64,000 nt of DNA from the human T2T-CHM13v2.0 reference genome, Homo sapiens. The stretch lies in the NCBI RefSeq assembly GCF_009914755.1, contig NC_060944.1; one strand, given 5' to 3'. A program made the translations under genes and the position numbers. Below, piece after piece: positions 42,221 through 55,200 of the stretch (positions within the stretch are counted from its first letter, which is position 1; each line of letters begins with the position of its first letter). The notes below the pieces were generated by a model. The model worked only from the letters and a program-made list of their open reading frames with translations, was not told where the DNA came from and searched no databases.

Positions 42221-45200
42221 GGTGGTCTTACTCTAATCCATACTAGGTTTTTGGGTTGGGTTTGGTTTGGTTTGGTTTGATGCTGGGGTTTTCAGTAGAC
42301 TACATGCATAATTTGGGAGTGGTGGTGAGTGCTTTGTCCTGGACCCTCAGAGAGGAGTGGGGATCTCTGTCCAATCTAAGAGGCTAAGAGGCTCACAGCC
42401 CATCTCTTTGACATAGTATGCTGGCCTGCAGTCACTTGCGCCACCCACAGCTCAGCCTCCTCTCACCTCCCTGCATCAGTGCTTGGAGCCCCAGGAACAC
42501 TGGGGTCCTTCCCCTACCTACAAGGGCTTTGGGACACTTGGAGGGGAGGTAGGACTGTCCCTCCTCCTCCCTGATCCCCAATACCACCATCCCTTCAAGT
42601 CAGCGTGGGCTGTTCCCACGAGGGGCTTCCCACTTCAGGAATTTTCTGGTCAGAAATAGACCTCATCTCCATGTTCACAAACTCTTCTGAGCTCCAGAAG
42701 ATAACATTTCAAGCCCTCTCAAGAATACTCTCCTTACATTTTTCATCTGTTCAGTGCTGTATCTCCAAAACCTAGCACAGAGTGCTCAAATCTTTGTTGA
42801 AAGAATGAATAAAGGGTGCTTGGATGGGTAACACTCAGGTGGTCTGCAGGCCCTGCAGCTCAGCCCTGCAGCTGGGAGGCAGGCATCGGTCCCCTTCTTA
42901 AGTGATTTATTAAGTCCTGGGCAGGGGGAAGGGTGTGGAGGTCTGGTCCCAGCAAGTGGCATCTCATTGGACACTCCCTTGTCCTCAACCACCATTTTCA
43001 GGCAGCGGGATAATCCCTTTCAGCATTCTTTTACCCACACAAAGGTCCAGCAGTCCAGCTGCTCTTGAAAAATCAGGAGTTCTGGTAACCCTGAGCCCAT
43101 CCACCACAGGGCAACAGCCAGCCAGAGTTGAAGCAGACCTCCCCTTTAATCCTGCCGCTGTCCACAGCCACCTGCTTAGTTCGTTAATGTCACCTGCCGA
43201 GCCCTGCAGGCATTTGCACTTGGGTCCCTGCTTTAATCTGATGAGAAAGGGTGGGGACTCTCAGGGGGAGAGTCAGCAGTAGTTAACAACTCTCCTGTGG
43301 GTGCCTAACCCCCATGAGTGACTTCAGTAAAATGAAATGCGGACATGAAAAGGAATCAAAAATAGAGGAATAGGGAGAGATTGGAGGAAGGGAAGAAAGA
43401 TGAGATGGGAGAGAAATGGCTTTGCTGAATGCCCTTGGCCCTAAGTCAGTACTGGCCCAGACACTGAGCCACCCGGGAAGAGGTTGGCATGGAAGCCGCC
43501 TTCTTCCTCTGCCCTCCCTGCTCCCCTGGGGCCAGCTTTCCTTCCACTTGCTAACCTCCCCCTCAGCCCAGGAGAGCAGCAGCTGCCACCTTGACCTTGG
43601 TGGCTCAGAGTCCAAGTAGGGACAGGTTGTTGAGATGAAGTACCTGGAGCTTGAGGTTATGTCCTCTGGCTGCAGCGGGATCCCTGAGAAGGGCTGGGGG
43701 GTACCAGAGTCCACAGTCCCATGGACGGGCCTCCCCAGCGCCAGTGTCACCCCTAAAGGGCATGACATCAGAAGATTCTTCTTGCCACACACATCTGCAA
43801 GCGATTATAATGGCTGACAGTGACCTCTCTCCATGTGCTATACACTGTCTCTGAGAACTGATTCTTCATAATGGCCCTGTGATTTCAGTACTGTGGTTGT
43901 CCCCATTCTATAGATGATGAAACACTGAGGCATGCCCTTCAGTATGCCTCATCTCCACACTCCAGCCCAGAATGCAGACCTCCCTCCCGCCCCCTGCCAC
44001 CCCCCTCCCCACCACCACCAACCCCCCTTACCCCCACCACCACCGCAGTGCACGCCAGGCTGTGTAGGCCTCTGAGCCTCTGCTCATGCTGTTCCTCTGC
44101 CCCGAGTGCCTTTCCTTCTCTCCACTCTTTCTTCACACTGGGTACTGCCTCACTGTTTAAAATGCCCGTTAGACACACCCTTCTTTCCTGGAAGAAGGGT
44201 GACCCTTTCTGACCCCAGTTCAATCAGATCTCTCCTCCACACACACAGCCCACTGTGCATGCTCATCACAGCAGCAATCACACTGTCCTGTTTCCCCAGA
44301 CAGCCTGTGACCAACTCAAGGGCAGGGTCTGTGTGTACCCTACAGCGCCTAGCTCAGGGAGGAATGCAGATTGTGTGTGAATGAACGAACGAACGAACCA
44401 ACACAAATAGCTGACATCAAGCAATTACGGGGTGCCAGGCACCGTGCTAAGTGCTTTACAGGTATCATGTTATTTTCTGCTCACCACAGCCTTATGGGGA
44501 AGGCACTGTTATTAGCACTACCCTTTTACAGATGAGGAAACAGGCTAAGAGGCATTAAACAACAACCAAGCATCCAGGCAGTCAAGACTCTAATCTGACT
44601 TACATTCTCATTTGATGGACCATCATCCTCAGTGGACCTCCTCTGTAAGGGATCCTGCCTCTGACAAGCTCTCTGAGATTTGAGTAGGGAGAAAGCTCAG
44701 AATCACTTGGCCCTCTGGGAGGAGGAAGATGGTCATCCTGCAACCCTCTGCACCATTTAGGTGTCCTGGTCCTGTCCATCTGCTCATGGAACAGCTTGAT
44801 CTAGAAGAGAAATAATGTGGCGAAGAGGGTTTTTGGGCCAAAGACAAGAAAATATCACAGGGCCAGGGTTGTTACTGTCTTTAGCCAGGATCTGGCCATT
44901 GGGACATCGGCTCCCCTCAAAGGCGGGGGGGTTGGAAGCTTGGGGAGTCTCTTGGCTAAATCCTACCCATCTCCACTATGCTCCATCCCTAAGATAGCCA
45001 ACACTTGACCAGTAGATGCTAACGTACCTCCACTGACAAGAAGCTCCCTACCACTCCAGCCCAGATCTCAGCAAGTTTCTCTTTCTCTAGCTGAAATGTA
45101 CCTCCTGGGGAACATCAAAAGGAGTCCATTCTCCAGGAGAGACCAGCAGGCCCAGATGGAGGGCCTCCCTGACTTTGTGAGTGCCTCCTGACAGAACCTG

Positions 45201-46364
45201 ACACAGAACCCCATCCTGTGGCTTCTTAATAATGCCTCCCTTCCCCTCTACTCCTGCCCCTTCAAAGCTCTCCAGACACAGAGTACCAAGCTTTGGAAAG
45301 TCCTCTGCTTGTGTTATCTGATCCCCCAGCTTTCAGAGAAGGCAGAGTGGGAAGGTTTCCAATTTTCCTCTGGTAGACCAGAGAGATGGAGTAATTTGCC
45401 CAAAGGCCCACAGAGAGAAGGGGTGACCAACAGGACCTAGCTCTCCTGGTTCCCAGCCCAGGATCACACAGTCCCCTCCAGAAATGCCAGGACAGAAATG
45501 CTTCTGGACATCTCTCCCCATCCTGCTAAGGGCGGGGGAAGCAGGAAAAATACAGAGAAACCAGCCTCGCCTGGGGAGGAGAAACTTGATTGTTGCTGTG
45601 AGGTTGGCATTCTGGGAACTGCAAGGCCTATGGCTGGTGGAGAAACAGAAAATGTCGTCAATCATCCAGAGGATGTCCTGGCTTGAAGCTGCTTTACAAG
45701 ATAGGTGTCCTTGGTCTCTGGGCTTGGTCAGACAAGAGAAAGCTCTGTGTGTGTGTGTGTACGTGCAAGCGCATGTGTGTGCTCTTGCACATATGCACAT
45801 GTGTATGTACAGACATGTCCATTCAGTGAGGACATTTTAAAGAGAATCCCAGGGAAATTAATGCTTATTCTCAAGGAAGGGAGCAAAAATGGTGGAATCT
45901 CAGGCAGCTGGCATTTTGGGCTGGGAGATGCCTGAGGTAAGTGAGTAGATGTGATCATGGATACTGGGGTTCCAAAGGGCCAGGCCTGGGCACTCAAGGT
46001 CCTTGGATGGGAAGAATCCGGCTGGTTTCTCACAGGCCCCTAAACACCCAGCAAATGTCTCCCAGGTTTAGCTGGAACCTGGGTATGTCCCAACAAGGTT
46101 AGGGGAGAAGGGTCTTCTGAGGGACACCCCTCTAACCCTTCCACATAAAGCCCTACCAAGGCCCAGGGAGAGGAAGGCAAATGGATTCCCAAGTTCCCAG
46201 CTGCAGGGCCCAGTGACAAAATCAGCACCTTTGAGGCATGTGATCCTTTGCACAACTGATCCTCACCCCTAGAGAGGGCTCCAGGAGTCTGGGAAGGAAC
46301 CATGGGCCTCCTGGGTCCTGCATATGGCTCTGCAGCACTGGCAGGTATAAGAAGCTTTTGTTAC

Positions 46365-47390
46365 ATTTATTCATCCATTCATTCAACAGTGAGCACCTAC
46401 TATGTGCCAAACATGTTTCTAACACTGGGAGTACAGCAAGAACCAGTTAGACCAAAATTCCGGCTTTCATGGAGCTTGCAGTCCAGCAGGAGAGGTCGTG
46501 GGTGGGAAAGACAAGTACAAGGCTCAGCCTGCTGGGTCATGATTAGTGATCAGAGAAAAATAAGGCAGCGAAGGACAAAAGGGAATGAGGTGGGGTGGGG
46601 TACAAATTTAAATATGGTGTTCAGCAAAGGCTTCACTGAGGAGAAGATATTTGAATAAAGCCCCTAAGGAGGTGAGGGAGTGGGCCTTGCAGATACTGAG
46701 GGGAAGTACCTTCCAGGCAGAAGAAGCAGCACGTCTGAAGTCCCTTGGATGTGAGCGTGCCCAGTAAGGTTGAGGAATGGTCAAGAGGCACGTGTGGCTG
46801 GGGTGAGTGAGCAAGGGGTAAGGGGTGAGAGATGAGGTCAGAGAAGCACAGGGTCCCAATTGCTTAGTGCCTTGTAGGCCACTGTGAGGGATGAACCCTG
46901 GTTTGGGGGTACCTGAAGCTTATGCAGTCCAGTGGGGCATCCTCAAGATAGATAAACCAATTCAGGGCCTTGGAAGGGGCTTGTGCTAGTGAGAGGCCCG
47001 GACACTTAAGCTTTGCCAGTCTTGCTATAAATCTGCCACTGGTTGTGGTGAGAATTTTGGCTTTTGCCTGGAGAGGGAGCCATAGGAGAGTTTTGAGCAG
47101 AGGAGTGGCCTGACCTGACCAGCCTCTGGCCTTCCTCTGGCTGCTGAGTGGAGCATGAACCTGGTGATGGGGCGGGGAGGAGGGGAGGAGAAGGGGGTAA
47201 GAGAGAAAGCCAGAACACCAGTGAGCAACCCTGGACTGGCGGTGACAGCCGAGGGTGGACAGCAATCAGATTCTGAAAGTGGAGCTGACAAGATGCGCTG
47301 ATCTGGAATGTGAGGTGTGATAGAAGAAAGGCAGAAGGGTTGACCACAGCGTTTGAGGCCTAATCCAGCTATCCCCAGTTGAGGTGGGGA
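46365..47390 (-). mobile_element. L2 3' fragment with a nested hAT-type MITE (about 46885-47041)
   Basis: cattcattcaaca..gagcacctactatgtgcca is the reversed L2 3' end. The insert has ctgaagcttat...ttcagggccttggaagggg...taaatctgccactg. Confidence 0.7.
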
Positions 47391-47968
47391 AGGAGAGCAT
47401 CATCATCCCTGGACCTCATACTATGCAGTTCTCCATTTTATCTGTAATCTGCACCACCACCCTGAGGCAGAGCTTTCATTAATCCCACTTCACAGATAGA
47501 GAAATCCCGACTCAGAGAGGTGGAGTAACTTGCCCAAGGTCACACAGCCAGTAAGTGGCAGAGCCTGGATTCCAACTTTAGTCTTACCAACTCCAAAATC
47601 GGTATCTGTTCTGATGCACCAGGAAAAGCAAGGTTTGGGGCCCTAGGAGCAGGTTAGGTGGGAGAGGCAGTTCCTGGAGGAGAGGCACATTCCAGTAACC
47701 ACAGAGGCCCCTGGAATGCCTGCAAAGAAAGTTCTCAGCATCCTACTCCGTGTTCCTAATCACCTCCTCCTTAAACCTGTTTCTGATCCATCAGCTGGCA
47801 GATCTCAGCTGTAATCATGGGGAAATGCTTTTGTCATCTCTTAAGTTTTCTTAATTCACTGACAAGGTAATAACGCCTCAGTCCATTATACACATTTTCT
47901 AAAGGACTTTCAACATTAGAATGCAAAGCAGGCTTCTCTGGCTTAGAAAAACCTGAGACTCCTGGGAT

Positions 47969-48013
47969 TTAATCATCAAACAGATTTAGCCCCTAAATCT
48001 GTTTGATGATTAA
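47969..48013. repeat. Perfect 21 bp inverted repeat with a 3 nt loop
   Basis: ttaatcatcaaacagatttag-ccc-ctaaatctgtttgatgattaa. Confidence 0.97.
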
Positions 48014-48017
48014 CATC

Positions 48018-48995
48018 AAACATTTCGTAAGAAAAAAACAAATGGCAGTGCGGCCAGCATGTCCAGGCCACCCAAATATGCCCAATTTCTCCCCTAAATA
48101 AACTCATTGCATTTAAACTGATATGAACTGATGGTCCCAGATGCATTCACTCAACAGGTTTAGTATCCAAATGAGTCTGCCACCATCACAGTAATCCATA
48201 TGACTTGGTTGATATTTTTTTAATTATCATTATGGATTGAAAAGCCTTAGCCCATGATTTGGGATGTCCAATCCTATGTAGTTTACTTAGAACAGCTCAT
48301 GCCACGTTCTGTGGCTGTGCCTACTTGGAGCCTGGGAGAAAGCGACACAACAGTGGAAGCCTAGGACTTGTGAATCTTTTACCATCTTGGAGCTTTGCTC
48401 TTTCCACACCATACCCCTTCAATACCACAACAAAAACCTGGGAAGCCAAGCTAAACAACCCTTGTCCTTTCCAGTCTTCCTCTAGCTCTCTGCTCTTGGT
48501 AAAACCTACCAGTAGGAGCAGATATTTGATCTGTCATAGAAGCTGTGATATTACACTCCCCAGATGTTTAACTCACTGGACTGAAGGCTCAAGTTACAGC
48601 TAATCAGGGCCTCTCTACACTACAGACCCCATGCCCCCCCACCCTCCCACCCCCAAGGAACAGGATCCTCGGCCCATGTGGCCAACTGAGATGGAGTAAG
48701 TAGGACCTACATTGGGCAGGGGATTCACTAAAATGGCTCCTGTAGGGTCTCTACACCAGTGGCTTAGAAGGCATGTGCTCTCAAAGCCCTCTGGGTCCAT
48801 TCAGACTGAAGGATGCCTCCCCACAGTCCTCAAACACCTGTATCTCCTTGCCCCAGGGCCTACTTCCTTTCCTTACCAAGAGTTTAAAGAAAGTCTGCAG
48901 GAACCTAGAAACATTTCATAAGAAAAACACAAATGGCAATGTGGCCAGCGTGTCCAGGCCACCCAAATGTGCCTGATTTCTCCCCCAAATAAACT
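48018..48995. repeat. 87 bp dispersed direct repeat (48018-48104 and 48909-48995), 9 mismatches
   Basis: Direct comparison; offset 891 bp. Confidence 0.93.
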
Positions 48996-49804
48996 GTGGC
49001 TTCACTTTACTACTATATGAGGGAGACTAAGGTTACAAATTCAGCATAAATTTTTTTTTTTCCTGTTATCCAAATAAGGTCAGGAGCAAGAGACATACTA
49101 TGGAGGAGAAGGTGATCAAGGCCTGCATCATGCCCACAGAAATACAATAAAGCCCTCACCCTTTCCTGTGTAAAAGATCCTTCTTGCCCAGAGAACTGGG
49201 TAATATTGTGCACTTGGCTTTGTAAAAATGTGTCACTGCAGGAAATTAGACCCCAAGACCAAAACCAGGCTGTAGCAAACTTTGAACTGAACCCAACCCC
49301 ACCAGGGAGCTCTTCCCTGAGACCATGAGAGCTGCTGGCTGTGGTGGTCCCTGAGGTCAGGCCAGAAAATGGCAGGGAGAATGGTTAGTGCCTGGTGGAT
49401 GCCTTCCTGCCCTGGAGGGGTGACTGGAGATAGAGACTGGGTTCCCATTCCCAGGGAAGAACTAGAGGGACCTGAGGGGTCATCCAGTCCAACCCCCTCA
49501 CTTGAAGGCAGGGCAACTGAGGCCTGGTGAGGGTAGGATCACAGTTTAGTCAGTGGGGGTACTGGGGGTCACTCTGGTGCTGACTTCTCCCCTCATCATG
49601 AAGCCACCTCCCCCACCTTAGATGATCAGGGCTGAAAGGGACCCCTCCACGGCCAATCAACACCCTCACTCAGCCAATAAGGACAGCAGAGGTCCCTCAC
49701 TCCCCAAGGCATGAGGGAAGAGGATGGGCAACCTTTCAAACAGCTCCCAATCTTGAGAAATGCCAAGAAACCTCATCCTCCAAGAGCAGCGGTTTCCAAA
49801 CTTT

Positions 49805-49810
49805 TGTATT
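49805..49810 (-). terminator. TMEM74B: Candidate variant poly(A) signal (AATACA) for TMEM74B
   Basis: tgtatt on +, about 255 nt past the stop. No canonical minus-strand AATAAA was noticed nearer. Confidence 0.4.
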
Positions 49811-50065
49811 TTTAGCAGCAGAAGCCATCCTCCAAACAAAACCGTATGCAAAACCTCAGCTACAAAACAGATCAGTGGGCTGCTTGCCCGTGTGGGGCAT
49901 GGGCTGGGCCCCGAGCTCTCCCTCCAGCACCCAGTACTTCTTCCACAAGGCCCTATGTGAGCTCAGTTTAAAACCCCAGGGCCTTGGCAGGGGTCAGGTG
50001 GGCGGGAGCAGGGGGTGGACCTTGTAGCACTGGAGCTAAAGCAGCCAGATAAGGTGGGCTAGTTC

Positions 50066-50992
<927 letters not shown>

Positions 50993-51984
50993 CTACCACC
51001 GGGTGGGGTATGGCTGTGGGCAATTCACTAATCCTGTCTGGCTTCAGTTTCCCCACCTATAAAATAATACTACTACTACCCTCTAGTTCGCAAAGCTGGA
51101 GTAGGATTGAGATAACCTATACGAAGTACTCAGAACACTAAGTGCTCAAAGTTAGCGATGAGTTCCTATTATACTGGAGGGAATGTAGGTAGTGTGAATA
51201 TCAGGCTCAAATCCCAGCTTCACCACTTGGGCTTGGGCAAGTGATGTGACCTCTCCAGATTCGGTCTTCTTCTTATCTATAAAATGGTAATGAATAAAAT
51301 GCCTCCCTCATAAGGTTGTTGTGAGGATTTCATAAAATAGTGCATGCAAGACCCTGGCCAGTGCAATCCATGGACCTTGTTGTATGAGGGAAGGATGACG
51401 GAGGGGTGGGGGAGGGGGTAGAAATGCAGAAGTTGTTGTGGGAACAAAGAGGAAGGGAAGTTTCTGGGAGTTGGTGGCATTTGAGCCAGATCTCAGAAGA
51501 TGAATTGGATACTTCCCAGCAATGGAAGGTGATGAGGGCATTCTGGAAAGGGGAACAGACTGCCTCAGAGGCCAGCTGGGGCCGGCTCACAGAGGACTCT
51601 GAAAGCCAGGCCAAGGAGCCCGAGAGCCATGCAGAGCTGAGGAGCTGGAGCAGGAAGTGCCTCGGCTTCAGAAGAAAGGAGGACTGATGAGATGGGAGGG
51701 GGCAAAGTGGAGGATGGGGGTCCAGCAAGGAAGCCAGCAGGTTGGGGATGGCATGGCTAAAAGGGCCAAGAGGAAGGGGCAGACTGGAGAGCCATGACTA
51801 GGTCAAAGCCAAATGCCTTTATGTAAACAGAAGTGTGGGGACCTGGACTAGAACCACAGGAGGGGAACCGGGAGGGAGAGGCGAGAAGAGGGACACTCTC
51901 TGTGCTGCAAGAGGAGTTACCCCACCCAAGAACCTGAACACAAACCCACCCAGACACAGACAGCACATGTGCATTCCCGCTGAA

Positions 51985-52330
51985 GGATACTGACTTACAG
52001 CCCGGGGACCATATTTGGCTGATAGAAGTTTTGCTTTGTTTTGTTCCTGGCCTGTTCATTTGTTTTTGGTGAATTAGTTGCAAATGTATAAAAAGCAAAA
52101 GATTTTAGATTTTACATTTTAAATGTTGGATTCCTGGCTTCTCCTGCAAAATGAAAGAATCTGGCCACCTTAGGCCCCCGTTCCCTTGTAACACTCGCCT
52201 GGAGTTGGCAATCGGGGCTCTTAGGCAGATCTAGCCTCTCCCCGACAGGTCCCACCTCAGCCCCCTTCCCTGCCTGGCATGTGTCATTCCTAATCCACAG
52301 CAGAACTGCATCATTCCTTGTATACACTGA
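51985..52330. mobile_element. hAT-Charlie MITE (MER102-like) in the TMEM74B intron
   Basis: gaattagttgcaaatgt...ggattcctggcttctcct..aaaat..aagaatctggc motif string. Confidence 0.5.
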
Positions 52331-52508
52331 TGGCCTGAGGGCACATACACTCAGAGCCCTAGGCGCACAAGCCATGGGCTACAGAGACCACCAGGTGCAG
52401 AGTGGCTCACATGCTCCGGTGTGTCTACGCACACATACATGCACACACACACGATTCTCTGCATTCTCATGCCGGAGTTTATTCTCCAGTGCACTGTGGT
52501 TCGTTCTC

Positions 52509-52520
52509 TGTGTGTGTGTG

Positions 52521-52555
<35 letters not shown>
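52509..52555. repeat. (TG)n microsatellite, one interruption
   Basis: Direct reading. Confidence 0.95.
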
Positions 52556-52990
52556 AAATATGAGCAAATGAAGTGAGGATGAATGGAATGAATGAATGAA
52601 TGAAACTCAAAGAGCCTCAGTGCAGGAAGACATGTTTTTCAATCTTTCTGACCTTCTTGTCAATATGGACTAGCATCAGACACCTCCTCTTAGCACATAT
52701 AGGGCCTTTCATGTGAGTACAAAGCTCTTTTCCCTTTACAGCCCATTTCTATCACTACGTCTCTCTTTCCAGAGTCTCAATTTAGTAAATGTTTACCAAG
52801 CACCTACTAGCTGTTGAGCCATGTACCCGACACTTCATGCAGGAGTATCTCATATCACCCTCACCAGCCCCACGATCCGGAATTACTGTCTCTATTTCAT
52901 AAAACATGGCCAAGATCCCATGGCATGTATGGGAGGGTGGAGGACAGGAGTTGAATGCAGATTCCCTAAGAATTATTATCATGTACAAAC

Positions 52991-53021
52991 CTGCAAACTC
53001 ATACCCCTGTGCTGGTGGCAT
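52991..53021 (-). CDS. TMEM74B: TMEM74B first coding segment, MPPAQGYEFA
   Basis: ATG at 53021-53019; donor GCAG|gtttgt. Joins the main exon in frame to give the recognised N-terminus MPPAQGYEFAAAKGPR. Confidence 0.88.
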
Positions 53022-53168
53022 CACTCCACCAGCCTTCCCTGGCTCTGCATCCCTCACTCATAGACTCTTCATTTTATCCAGCTGTTTATCAGCAACCGTG
53101 AGCACCTTGAGAGCAGGCATAAGTTTGAATTCCATCTGGGTCCCCAGCCTGCGCCCAGACTGCTTTTA
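53022..53168 (-). other. TMEM74B: 5' UTR part of the TMEM74B ATG-containing exon
   Basis: Minus-strand polypyrimidine tract ctcttttttctgtct, then first AG at 53170-53169. Alternative AGs at 53164-53163 and 53161-53160. Confidence 0.55.
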
Positions 53169-53759
53169 CTTTCCAGTGAATAGACAGAAAAAAGAGATGT
53201 GTTTGTTGGTTGGCTTTTTACTCTTAGCACCAAAAACATTTTCCTGAGTGCCCAGCCACAAACAGGGACCAGCAGTGGGTGCCACATGGGTGCTCAGAAG
53301 TGGCCCCCACCCACACCCTCAGCACCTTCCACCCAACTCAGCTCCTGGAGTGGCCCAGGAACCCCTTTCCCAGACTGATATATTGATGCCTCCACACCCT
53401 GGAAGAAATCTGGAGCTCCCAAATTCTGGGAGCAGAGCTCTCCTTCATGCTGCAGGAACCCAAAACTTTTTTCTTAGGATGCCACAGTGAGAGGGCAGAG
53501 AAAAATGAGGATTCCTCTCACCCAGAGTTAGGACATCTCTCTGTTTCATGCCCAGGTTCAGAGATATTCACCAGTTACACAAAGGCCGTGCCCAATTACC
53601 CTAACATAAGCAGAAACACACCAACTGACATAGCTGCTCCCGCCCACCATTCACACCCCACGACCCCACCAGTTACTAATTTCATCTGCAGTCAGACAGG
53701 TCCTGAAAGGAACACTCCAGTTCCACACACACTCCCCCAGCAGCTGTTCCCACAGCAGT

Positions 53760-53838
53760 ACCCACAGACACCCAGAAGTCACGTAGTGTGACCCTCGGAT
53801 CTTCGGGCCACGCGAGTACCCCGTCACACGCACACGCG

Positions 53839-53880
<42 letters not shown>

Positions 53881-55200
53881 GTGCCCCTGGGAGTGAGACC
53901 CAAGCCAGATCCACCAAGACCCGCAGGGGCCCAATACCCCACCCGCCGCGCGCACTGACACCCGGAGAGAGGGACGCACAGCGGCTGTGGGTGAAGCTTC
54001 ACAAAACCCAGTCGATAGACACACGCACGAGTTGTACACAAAGCCTTGGGGCGCGCAGATACGCACACGCAGGTCCACGCTGTTGTACCCAAAGTTGCGC
54101 GCAGAAAGCCCCAGCACGCCGGCTGCCCACCGCGCCCGCTCCCGCCGGCCCAGTCCACACCCCCTGCTCCTGCCCTTGCCCACAGACGCGGGACCCGGAA
54201 GGCCGAACCGGACCAGGCGGAGGCCCGGGGAGGCCGGGTCCCCTGGTCGCATGTCCTTCGGCGGGCCGCGAGGTCAGGCTCGCCGTCCTTCGCCGCCACT
54301 CCCCGCCCCCGGCCCTCGGCCTCCTGCCGCCCCCAGCGGTCCCCTCTCCGCGTGCGTACCTGTGCCGGGCCTCCCTCCCCGCCTCACCACGCTGGGGCGA
54401 AGGGCGCCCGGCCGCCGGCGGGCGAGGGTGCGTCCTCTCCGGTGCCCGTCCGCCTTCCTGCAGCCGGCGTACGCCTGCGGGGGTCTCGCCTGCGGGGGTC
54501 TCTCTCCTGCGGCGCAGCCCGGAGGGCGCGGGCCCGGCCGCCACCGCCTCGCCCTCCCGGTCTCCCGCCCCCTTCCCGGCCCGGCCCGGAGCCACTGCCG
54601 AGGCGCACGTACCTGCTCGCGCCGCGCGGAGCTGTACGGCGGCGGTGGCGGCCGCTGGGGAGGCGGGGGGGGGATCCGGGGACGGAGGGACGGGAGAAGG
54701 GGCGGGGGCCGGGGCTCGCCGAGCGCCGCGGAGGGAGCTCCGCCCGCGGCCGGCGAGGGCGCCCGGAGAGTTAGCAAGGAGAGGGACAGGAAGGCGGGTG
54801 ATGGGCTGGGGCGAGGGTGCGGGGGCTCCGATCCACCGTCCTCCCCTCCCCTCCAGGCAGATCTGGATCGCCGGCGCCTGGGCTTAGGGAACTGGGGCTT
54901 GGAGCCCGCGGTCCACGGGCGCAGGGGCGGGGCGGGCGGGGGCTGCTGAAGAAGATCCCTCCCCACCACCGGAGAGCCCCTATTGCGCCAAGCGCAGGTG
55001 CCTCCCCACTCCTCACCCCCACTCTGCCACTTCCCCTTCCCCCCACCCCCACCCCGCACGCAGCCCCCAGGTAGGACCCCGGGTCCTCTCCGAGGTCCTT
55101 AGGTCGGGACGGTCTCCTCGGGCGCTTGCGGCTCCGTGGCTCAAGGGCGCCACCTGAAGGCTGCAAGAAAGAATCCGACGATCCCCCTCCCCCTTTTCTC
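53760..55200. promoter_or_regulatory. TMEM74B: CpG island / TMEM74B promoter with non-coding first exon(s)
   Basis: Very GC- and CpG-rich, with GC boxes (ggggcgggg about 54924). Minus-strand donor-like sites end at 54613 (CAG|gtacgt), 54360 (CAG|gtacgc) and, just outside the island, 53522 (TGG|gtgaga). Confidence 0.85.
53842..53878. repeat. (AC)n microsatellite at the edge of the CpG island
   Basis: Direct reading; preceded by cacacgcacacgcgcgt. Confidence 0.95.

Noticed and set aside
43981-44045. C-rich tract (minus-strand G4 potential); another G-run at about 58204-58234
   Set aside because: Common motifs not tied to an identifiable promoter or exon.
45933-45942. Strong plus-strand donor GAG|gtaagt suggesting a read-through exon
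   Set aside because: No convincing paired acceptor or ORF could be established from sequence alone.
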